NCBI RefSeq assembly: GCF_006345805.1
Contig: NW_021828328.1
Span: forward strand, 1 to 8,714
Direction of reading: 5' to 3'
DNA length: 8,714 nucleotides
Source of the DNA: Octopus sinensis
Taxonomy: Eukaryota
Part shown: positions 1 to 7,837 of the stretch, piece after piece
Layout of the letters: each line of letters starts with the position of its first letter
Position numbering within the stretch: the stretch's first letter is position 1
Position numbers and translations under genes: made by a program
The notes under the pieces: generated by a model
What the model saw: only the letters and a program-made list of their open reading frames with translations
What the model was told of the DNA's origin: nothing
The model's database searches: none

Positions 1-40
1 CACACACACAAACACACACATACGCACACACATATATATA
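1..40. repeat. (CA)n/(TA)n microsatellite, possibly truncated by the window edge
   Basis: Directly visible: cacacacacaaacacacacatacgcacacacatatatata. Confidence 0.9.
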
Positions 41-41
41 T

Positions 42-169
42 TGTTGATATATCAATTACGTTTTTGTTACCTTCCATTAGTTAAGATGGCCAAACGAGTA
101 ACACTCGAACACAATATAGGAGATGCATGTATACACATATATATCTATCTATGTATCTATGTATCTATG

Positions 170-225
<56 letters not shown>

Positions 226-226
226 C

Positions 227-277
<51 letters not shown>

Positions 278-286
278 CATCTATCC

Positions 287-334
<48 letters not shown>

Positions 335-335
335 G

Positions 336-371
<36 letters not shown>

Positions 372-481
372 CATACATATATAAATGTGTATACATGCAT
401 CTCCTATATTGTGTTCGAGTGTTACTCGTTTGGCCATCTTAACTAATGAAAGGTAACAAAACGTAATTGATATATCCAACA
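42..481. repeat. ~100-bp inverted repeat pair (arms ~42-144 and ~377-481) enclosing a (TATC)n array
   Basis: Reverse complement of the right arm matches the left arm (GTTGATATATCAATTACG...AAGATGGCCAAACGAGTAACACTCGAACACAATATAGGAGATGCATGTATACACAT) with 2 single-base indels and 2 substitutions by manual alignment. Confidence 0.95.
143..370. repeat. (TATC)n tetranucleotide microsatellite with TATG/CATC/TGTC variant units
   Basis: Directly visible; it produces the spurious SIYL/LSIY ORFs. Confidence 0.98.
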
Positions 482-966
482 TTAATTGAAACTGGTATAA
501 GGTTCTACGAGTTTCTATATCTGAATGGAGAGACCTTTCATAAATACTGCGGCTTCTCCGAGCTCTGCTGTTAAAATAGTAATTGGTAATTGTTCCATTG
601 CAATCCCAAATAAATTTGCAACATTAAAGAGATTGGCATTAGTTACGGATTATTATTTATTTATTAATTGTATAATTATAATCAATTGATTGTCTGTGAA
701 TGATCAAAAGTATTTCTCTGTTGTCTGATGGAGCTGTTTAATGTTGTAGTGTATTCATTTTATGTACGAATTCTAATCCTGTTGAGAATAACTTCGCCTT
801 GTGTCCACCCATGAATGACTAAATATGGCTAAAATGAAATATTGGTGTGCATTACAACCACTCAACCCTATCGTCAGGTGTGAGATCTTGTATCCTTGTT
901 AGAAATCGTCAAAGCTGTTTTATAGTAATTTTCTTTATAATTTTTGGCGCTGGACATCAATTCCAA

Positions 967-1018
967 GTCTTTGGTATGGTAAATGTGTGTGCGTGTGTGT
1001 TTGCGTGCGTGTTTGTGT

Positions 1019-1072
<54 letters not shown>

Positions 1073-1091
1073 CTCTCAATGCGTCTAAGTT
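967..1091 (+). repeat. Direct repeat copy 1 (unique-(GT)n-unique, ~125 bp); copy 2 is at 3114-3236
   Basis: Both copies begin GTCTTTGGTATGGTAAATGTGTGTGCGTGTGTGTTTGCGTG and end TCTCAATGCGTCTAAGTT, with a variable GT tract between. Confidence 0.92.
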
Positions 1092-1287
1092 CATTACATT
1101 TTAAGTTCATTACTTTTTAAGTTCATTACAGCGACCCGAATACTTGATTGACACTATATTTTACGCACCCTGTACGGATGAAGAGTAATGATTATGCTGG
1201 CGTGACTTGAACCGAGAGCGTTAAGCTTCGGGAGATATGCGGCTAAACATGTCCGACGCGCTAAGAGTTCTGTTGAATTGCGGCCTT
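1086..1287 (-). mobile_element. Degenerate tRNA-derived SINE (family A), near full length
   Basis: Minus strand reads AAGGCCGC...CAGAACTCTTAGC...GGTTCAAGTCAC (B-box-like)...TCTTCATCC...GGGTCGCTGTAATGAACTTA, colinear with the better-preserved copies at 2135-2502. The 3' end has three 16-bp-period copies of TAAGTTCATTAC (plus 1086, 1102, 1118). Confidence 0.75.
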
Positions 1288-1587
1288 AATACTTATTATT
1301 TTTGCAATACAGGCACAAGTTTATCAGAATTGAAAACCCTACCTGGTGTACCAGTTGATACATTGTGAACTTTTCAATTTTAATGATGTGTAATACTGAT
1401 GTTCTTTGTATAGTTTTATGTCACAAAATTAAAAAAAAATCCACAATATATTAATGATGACAATTTGAACTTAGAATTTAAAGTAGTGAAACAAGATAGG
1501 ATGAGAAATTTTGACTGATCCAATTCACTAACGGAAGATGGTCAACTGGTAGAAAAGTTAACAGGTCGACGAATAAGATCTTTGGGG

Positions 1588-1662
1588 GCATTTCTTATGT
1601 TCTTTATGTTCTAAGTTGAAATACCGCCCAGGTCAACTTTACTTGTAATTCCTTCAGTGGAG
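1588..1662 (+). mobile_element. Degenerate SINE family A fragment
   Basis: TTATGTTCTAAGTTGAAATACCGCCCAGGTCAACTTT aligns to ACGTTCTGAGTTCAAATTCCGCCGAGGTCGACTTC of the 2319-2502 copy. Confidence 0.65.
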
Positions 1663-1974
1663 ATATTTTAAAGATTCCAAAGACCAAACCTTTTAGGGAA
1701 GTAGCAAATGTCATTCAGATTTTTCAAAGCATTTCCGATCAAAGCTATTTCCAATCGATATTGAGTTAAATTTCTTTACTGGTAATCTCTTAAAATTTCT
1801 AATTTCAATTTTTTCTTCACAAAGTTTTAAAATTACAATGTCGGTTGTTGGGTGCACATTTTAAAACTTATGAATGAGAGGTAATGATTCCGCCATTAAT
1901 CTAGACATAGTGTATTAAGGGCAACATCATCAAATTTCTCCTTCTTTTTTAAACAAAACATCCATCAAGTAAAG

Positions 1975-2000
1975 GGTTCAATATAATCGACTTACACCCC
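1975..2000 (+). mobile_element. Short remnant of the SINE family A 3' module
   Basis: GGGTTCAATATAATCGACTTA resembles GGGGTCGATATAATCGACTTA at 2235-2255. Confidence 0.5.
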
Positions 2001-2124
2001 GTCCCACAATAGACCAGTACCCCGTTCAGTGGGTATAAAGTGATCTCAGTTACTTATACGCTTTAGAACACTGGGAAGCCACAGCCCTCATGTGGTCAGG
2101 AGCTTAAGAAGAAACAAACATTAT

Positions 2125-2502
2125 AATGCTTAGCGGTATTTCGTCTGCCGCTACGTTCTGAGTTCAAGTTCCACCGAGGTCCACTTTGCCTTTCATCCTT
2201 TCGGGGTCTATTAAATAAGTACCTGTTACGCACCGGGGTCGATATAATCGACTTAATCCGTGTGTCTGTCCTTCTTTGTCCTCTCTGTGTTTAGCCCCTT
2301 GTGGCTAGTAAAGAAATAGGTATTTCGTCTGCCGCAACGTTCTGAGTTCAAATTCCGCCGAGGTCGACTTCGCCTTTCATCCTTTCGGGGTCGATTAAAT
2401 AAGTACCAGTTACGCACTGGGGTCGATATAATCGTCTTAATCCGTTTGTCTATCCTTGTTTCTCCCCTCTATGTTTAGCCCCTTGAGGGTAGTAAAGAAA
2501 TA
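2125..2502 (+). mobile_element. Head-to-tail dimer of a 5'-truncated tRNA-derived SINE (family A); units 2135-2318 and 2319-2502
   Basis: Exact 184-bp period and about 17 substitutions by manual count (~91% identity). Each unit has a Pol III B-box (GTTCAAGTTCC 2162-2172; GTTCAAATTCC 2346-2356). No A-box head is evident in either unit. Confidence 0.9.
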
Positions 2503-2589
2503 AGACACAAACATCATCTACCGATATGTCCACTCAATAGATCGAGAATAACAAGGATGTCTTAGTTTTCAATTTTCTGGGTGACAGTG

Positions 2590-2690
2590 TAACGTCGATT
2601 AAACAGACCCAATTACACAACTGGTACTAAAGTTTGACGATCATTGGAAGAGATGAAATTTAAAATTGACTTCGCTTGGAAGTGAACCGA
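2590..2690 (-). mobile_element. Old degenerate SINE family A copy, inverted relative to the dimer
   Basis: Minus strand GGTTCACTTCCAAGCGAAGTCAATTTT..TTTCATC..AGTACCAGTT..GGGTC..TAATCGAC is colinear with family A. Confidence 0.7.
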
Positions 2691-2751
2691 GGACACAGAG
2701 GTGCAGAACTAAAAACTGCAAACCGATTTTTGCTTCTCATACCCAAAACTC

Positions 2752-2920
2752 ATAATAATAAAAATAATAACAATGATTAAAAACAACCAAAAGACATGAA
2801 AACTATAACATTTATGGAAAGAGTAATAACAACAAAGTCACCAGCAGCACCGACACCACCAACACCGCCAACGCCAACACCAACACCAACAACAGCAGCA
2901 TCTACAACAACATCAACGCT
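2752..2920. repeat. Degenerate trinucleotide/hexanucleotide low-complexity tract (AAT/AAC/ACC/AGC; ACACCA)
   Basis: Visible cataataataaaaataataac... and ccagcagcaccgacaccaccaacaccgccaacgccaacaccaacaccaacaacagcagc. Confidence 0.75.
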
Positions 2921-3113
2921 GCTAGAATACAAGTTTTTATTTATGATTTTTATTTTCTTTATTTTTTTTGTATGTTTTTCGGTGATGATTTTCAATTTTC
3001 TTTTATGTGATTCTCAGGAGACAAAAAAAGCAGAACTAAAATTCCATCTCAAATTGAAATGAGGTGTAAAAATTTCTCACACATTGCATTCCTAATTCAT
3101 GTTTTGTTCCACT

Positions 3114-3236
3114 GTCTTTGGTATGGTAAATGTGTGTGCGTGTGTGTTTGCGTGTGTATTTGTATGTGTGTGTGTGCGTGTGTGTGTGTATGTGTGTGTG
3201 TGTGTGTGTCTGTTTGTGTCTCAATGCGTCTAAGTT
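3114..3236 (+). repeat. Direct repeat copy 2 of 967-1091
   Basis: Same unique anchors on both sides of a GT tract; offset 2145-2147 bp. Confidence 0.92.
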
Positions 3237-3254
3237 TGGATGAGTCTGTGTGGT

Positions 3255-3302
3255 ACATATTGGCATGTATGCATGCGGGTGTATATATGTATATGTATTA
3301 TA

Positions 3303-3333
<31 letters not shown>

Positions 3334-3600
3334 GTGCATATATATATATGATTATATATATATACGTGGATATATGCATATATATGTACATATATATATA
3401 TGTGTGTGTGTGTGCATATATATATATATATACCTATATACACATATGAGTTTGTATGTGTGTGGTTATATGTATGTAAGCGCACATATGAATGTACGTG
3501 TGTACGTGTGTATGCGTCTATATTTGTGTATGTACATATGTAATGTATTTAAGTATGCGTGTATGTCTACACGTCTATACGCGTGTTTAGAGGTTCATGA
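3255..3600. repeat. Degenerate (AT)n/(GT)n purine-pyrimidine alternating low-complexity region
   Basis: Directly visible; source of several YI/CV-type spurious ORFs. Confidence 0.85.
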
Positions 3601-3667
3601 GTATATTCAGTAGGAAGATTATTAGTTTGGAAATAAAACAGTCATGTGCATTTGTGACGACATTCAT

Positions 3668-3806
<139 letters not shown>

Positions 3807-4660
3807 TATGTTATGTTCATGTGTGCTTCCTCATAGCAACTCAAGAAAAAACAATGCATATAGAAAAATAATGACCTCGCTTCTACAGAAATTCGAGTGC
3901 TCTGTTTCGATTCTAAATAAATCTGTTAAAAAAAAAGCCAAAATGTTCTTACCGAAATCGTTTATATATTATTCCCTCTTAAGGATGTCCCCCATGATGC
4001 ACTAAATTTGGATGCACTTCATAGTCCATGAATAGGTTTTGAAGTAGAGCTTCTTATGCAAAGACTGATTGTAGATGCACTGTCATATTGATTCCCATGT
4101 AATCGTCACGATGTGATTTATTGCATATATATTGGCATGAACGGACACAGCAGTCATCAAACTCAAGACACAGGGGCATCGTTCATAGCTAACCCTAATA
4201 TGAATTTTTATTATATTTACAGAGAGTAGTATAGCGATTTCGGCACATGTATATACACGAAAGACGCGTATGGAAACATCATGACACACAGCAACAGGCC
4301 TTTGATTTACGAGCCTCCCTGTTGGCTGTACTGGCGTATACATATATAGACACAGACGAAAGAGAGGAAAGGGTACTGGTAATATGTATATTAATCTACG
4401 TCTTTTATCTTTTTCTTAGCCTTTATAGAGCAGGTGAGGAGGAGGGTTTCCACTGCATCAGTTGTCTCTTCGACTCCGGGTAAAAATTGTTGAATTCAGC
4501 GTATGCTTTTCTGAAGGTATGTATGGATATTATCATTTATTTCGCCCAGGGTGTTTTCCAACAAAATGTTCTCCTATTCTTGCTGTGATATAAGTCTCGT
4601 GATTTTTCTTACCCTAGGTGTAGAAATATGCTGCGCTTTACCGCAAATCTGAATATCATT

Positions 4661-5178
4661 ATTAATTGTTATCGCCATATTAATATGGCATTCTTATAGA
4701 TATAAGAATAATCGCTGCCATAGTCAGCTCCATGAGGCCACCGCCATCAAGATAGCTATTGATACACGATCTGTATCCATTATAACCTTCGAACAAGGGA
4801 GCTCAGCCGCTTCACACTGCCAGTCCGACAGCTACAGACGCGTTTCGGGGTATTGCCCCTTGTCAATGTAGCGCAGTCAGACCCGCAGGTGTCGCCACTG
4901 ACGTCTCTGTTCGAAGGCTTATATTTACCTAGTTTCAGTAGAATACATCCACTTGTTTTCAATAATAGAAATATTAAAATTACTAAGTCTCTATAAGGTT
5001 ATAATGGATACAGATCGTGTATCAATAGCTATCTTGATGGCGGTGGCCTCATGGAGCTGACCATGGCAGCGATTATTCTTATATCTATATTAATATGGCG
5101 ATAACAATTAATTTCCAGTAAACGCTGCCATAATCTCTTTTATAGAGACTTAGTAATTTTAATATTTCTATTATTGAA
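4661..5178. repeat. Interlocked inverted repeats: A (4661-4789)/A' (4995-5112) and B (4958-4996)/B' (5140-5178)
   Basis: A and A' differ by one substitution (4722 vs 5062) and an 11-nt indel (4685-4695). B/B' is a perfect 39-bp inverted repeat (TTCAATAATAGAAATATTAAAATTACTAAGTCTCTATAA). Confidence 0.95.
4831..4872 (-). ncRNA. Type I hammerhead ribozyme motif with U3-A8 core variant (Penelope-like pLTR/retrozyme type)
   Basis: Minus strand: GCUACA (stem I) UUGACAA (core) GGGG-CAAUA-CCCC (stem II) GAA A C-GC-G U (palindromic stem III, ACGCGU) C17, then UGUAGC (stem I). All helices pair perfectly. Predicted cleavage is after GUC, between 4837 and 4836. Confidence 0.85.
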
Positions 5179-5589
5179 TATCATTACTTCTACGTCTACA
5201 CATAGACTGAGAAATGGTGTTTTTATGGACTTGTGATATTCGGCGGTCAATTTGTTACATGCGACTTTTCTCACAATCACAGCCATTCTTATTAATCATT
5301 GCGTCCACTAATTGATCACAATTTTCTTCGAAAAAGAAAGCCAAGAATACAATAGCCGCAACAGCGAATCTCGTGTTCCGTCGTTCACATTTTTCTGACA
5401 CGATTAGAAAGACAGGTATATATAAAAAGAGTTTACTTACTTGGTTTTCATGCGAAAAAGATGGTCCATTTTGGTTACACAGTACTCTCATAATCAACAA
5501 CACGTTTATTATTCATCTGTTTCCTGGTACCAGTAATATCGGAAATAGATGACATCCAGGAAGCTCGTGTGCTTTCATAAACAATGTTA

Positions 5590-6051
5590 TACTCTTTTAC
5601 TCTTTTACTTGTTTCAGTCATTTGACTGTGGCCATGCTGGAGCACCGCCTTTAGTCGAGAAAATCGACCCCGGGACTTATTCTTTGTAAGCCTAGTACTT
5701 ATTCTATCGGTCTCTTTTGCCGAACCGCTAAGTGACGGGGACGTAAACACACCAGCATCGGTTGTCAAGCAATGTTGGGGGAACAAACACAGACACACAA
5801 ACATATACACACACACACACACAACCACACAACACACACACATACATATATATATATATAATATAATAATATATATATATATACATATATACGACAAGCT
5901 TCTTTCAGTTTCCGTCTACCAAATCCACTCACAAGGCCTGGTCGGCCCGAGGCTATAGCAGAAGACACTTGCCCAAGATGCCACGCAGTGGGACTGAACC
6001 GGAACCATGTGGTTGGTTAGCAAGCTACTTACACACAGCCACTCCTGCGCC
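5590..6051 (-). mobile_element. Full-length tRNA-derived SINE (family B) with internal (CA)n/(TA)n microsatellite and (AAAAGAGT)n tail
   Basis: Minus-strand head GGCGCAGGAGTGGCTGTGTG (A-box-like), B-box GGTTCAGTCCC (plus 5990-6000), CORE-like TCTTGGGCAAGTG, microsatellite at ~5790-5890, and a tail of two ACTCTTTT units (plus 5591-5606). Resembles abundant octopus SINEs from memory. Confidence 0.88.
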
Positions 6052-6404
6052 TATATATTTTTTATTATAATAAAATTATCGTCCTGTATATTTACTTTTT
6101 TGACAAGGACCAGATGTTTCTCTTATCTTCCTGTTAAGTTCTTCGTCTAGTTTCTCTGGCTGTTCTTTTTTTTATTATTTTTCCAATCTTTGAAGAGAAA
6201 TACATGATATCGAATACAAAACCCACGTTTCTCAGTTATGACTCGGTGAAAAGGAAAGAATAAAGATTGGTCCGTATAAATTTGCTACACATTTCACAGA
6301 TGTAACAAACAATAAGAGCAAAGGGGAGCCTTTTGACAGTTCAGTAGCGGATAACTAAAAACAACAAAACAATAAGAATAGAAAAAAAAGCAAAAAAGTG
6401 AACG

Positions 6405-6450
6405 ATAATAATAATACCAACAACAACAACAACAACAACAATAATACAAC

Positions 6451-6533
<83 letters not shown>

Positions 6534-6550
6534 ACAGCAACAACGATAAT
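6405..6550. repeat. Compound (CAA)8-(TAA)n microsatellite
   Basis: CAA units 6418-6441, then an interrupted TAA tract to ~6533. Confidence 0.97.
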
Positions 6551-6551
6551 A

Positions 6552-7165
6552 AAAATTGAAACCGCACGGCATATAACAAGCCAATGTACGCCACTAGACC
6601 AGAAGAAATATAAGAGACGCCAGGACAATATAGCCTGGCTTGTCCATTGGACACTTTGCAACAAGTATGAACTTGACAGAGGAAAAAATTGGTACGACCC
6701 CAAACATGAAGGCATCGTCGTAAATAGAAATGCAAAGCTCCGATGGGGTTTTATAATTCAGTGCAACCGTGAGATAGACAATAGGAAGTCAGACATAGTC
6801 TTAATTGAGAAAGAAAACAAACTATGCTGGATCATCGACATAGCATGCCCAACCGACTACAAACTATACGATAAGGAAGAAAGAAAAGTCGAGACATATG
6901 ACAGGTTAGCTTGGGAAGTTAAGCAGTTATAGGTAGCAGTGGTAACTATAATAGTCGGAGGCCTGGGAACAGTGAGCAAAAACCTCGAGAAGTGGAACAA
7001 ATAGGGACTGCAATGAGGGTAGAACATTTGCAGATATCAGCACTGCTTGGAACCACTCGAATACTCCGAAAATGCTAGAAAAACAAGAGGTGTTACCTTA
7101 TTTCGCTGGTAGTGAACAGCTGACACTGTAGTACATCTCTTGCGTTAGAAGCTGTGCAAAGACAT
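6552..7165 (+). mobile_element. 5'-truncated, decayed R4/Dong-like non-LTR retrotransposon 3' end (C-terminal half of CCHC zinc knuckle, restriction-like endonuclease, 3' UTR)
   Basis: Frame 3 from 6552 (no ATG, so absent from the ORF track): KIETARHITSQCTPLDQKKYKRRQDNIAWLVHWTLCNKY...NRKSDIVLIEKENKLCWIIDIACP...KVETYDRLAWEVKQL*VAVVTIIVGGLGTVSKNLEKW; after a frameshift near 6995: EQIGTAMRVEHLQISALLGTTRILRK. Matches the ETxxHxxxxC / RHD / RPD...D / KxxKY / GxLG / ALLGT motif series of RLE elements. Stop at 6930 is probably TGG>TAG. Confidence 0.9.
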
Positions 7166-7247
7166 CAACAACAACAACAACAACAACAACAATAATAATA
7201 ATAATAATAATAATATAATAATAATAATAAAATATAATAATAATAAT

Positions 7248-7280
<33 letters not shown>
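7166..7280. repeat. Compound (CAA)9-(TAA)n microsatellite (element tail or target)
   Basis: CAA units 7166-7192, then an interrupted TAA tract to 7280. Confidence 0.97.
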
Positions 7281-7281
7281 C

Positions 7282-7790
7282 AAGTGATATGAGCAAAGAA
7301 TTGAACAATATAAAATCAACAGATTGCTCTAACAAAACCAGAAAAGATTTTAGCAACAACTGAATAGAAACGTTAACTCCATTGTGAGACCAGACGTTGG
7401 AGAACGTAAAAGGTTTTGGAGTAACATCTGGGATAATTAAAGAAAGTGTAAAAAAGATCCTAAATGGTTGGGAAAATATGAAGTGAAACAGAGCAATATT
7501 AGAATAGCGACTGAAATGGGCACCGAACAAAGAACAAACATCCTAAACTGCAAATGTCCAATAACGGATGGGGTACAAGGATATTGGCTGAAAATTTTCC
7601 CTGCAATACACAAAAATATAGCCACGCAAATGGATAGAATGATCAATAAAGATCTACAAAGTCCAAAGTGGCTGATCACAAGTAAAACAATTCTTTACCG
7701 AATGGATCCCAGCAAAGGCAGTGCAGCGGATAACTCCGGGCCTATCTCCCCTGTTTGCCCATCCTGTGGAAGTTGATCGCAGGAATAGTT
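7282..7790 (+). pseudogene. Decayed R4/Dong-like reverse transcriptase N-terminal fragment (pre-RT region through the first RT motifs)
   Basis: Frame 1: K*YEQRIEQYKINRLL*QNQKRF*QQLN...PDVGERKRFWSNIWDN*...NCKCPITDGVQGYWLK...PKWLITSKTILYRMDPSKGSAADNSGPIS, then a 2-nt insertion at 7750-7751 and CLPILWKLIAGIV. Corresponds to the NWKAPGPDG / RPISCLP..WK motifs of non-LTR RTs. Four stops and one frameshift. Confidence 0.88.
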
Positions 7791-7804
7791 ATATATGTAT
7801 GTAT

Positions 7805-7837
<33 letters not shown>

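Noticed and set aside
41-446. ORFs of SIYL/LSIY repeats
   Set aside because: Translations of the (TATC)n array, which lacks stops in these frames.
760-870. Possible very old SINE family A copy
   Set aside because: Similarity is too patchy to support without a computed alignment.
2135-2502. 184-bp tandem units as retrozyme monomers or a CRISPR-like array
   Set aside because: No ribozyme core found by eye, units carry a tRNA B-box typical of SINEs, and there are no unique spacers.
2796-3062. 88-aa ORF resembling a Pro/Thr-rich stalk plus transmembrane helix
   Set aside because: Explained by a degenerate ACC/AAC tract followed by a T-rich tract; no family motif or splice support. Ribo-seq or conservation would be needed.
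4443-4462. Minus-strand CUGAUGCAGUGGAAAC, superficially a second hammerhead core
   Set aside because: A9 is absent, there is no stem II, and no stem III/NUH or stem I pairing.
4411-4522. Candidate plus-strand exon or microexon (pyrimidine tract + AG at 4418-4419; donors CAG|GTGAGG at 4433/4434 and AAG|GTATGT at 4516/4517)
   Set aside because: The long version has stops in all three frames; short versions cannot be supported without RNA-seq.
5255-5503. 82-aa minus-strand ORF, and the 86-aa ORF at 4083-4343
   Set aside because: No recognisable motifs; lengths are compatible with chance.
5950-6051. tRNA gene
   Set aside because: A- and B-box-like motifs belong to a SINE head; no complete cloverleaf could be folded.
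6341-6735. Hydrophobic poly-I/L/Y/V ORFs (also 7098-7530)
   Set aside because: Antisense translations of (CAA)n/(TAA)n arrays and retroelement sequence.
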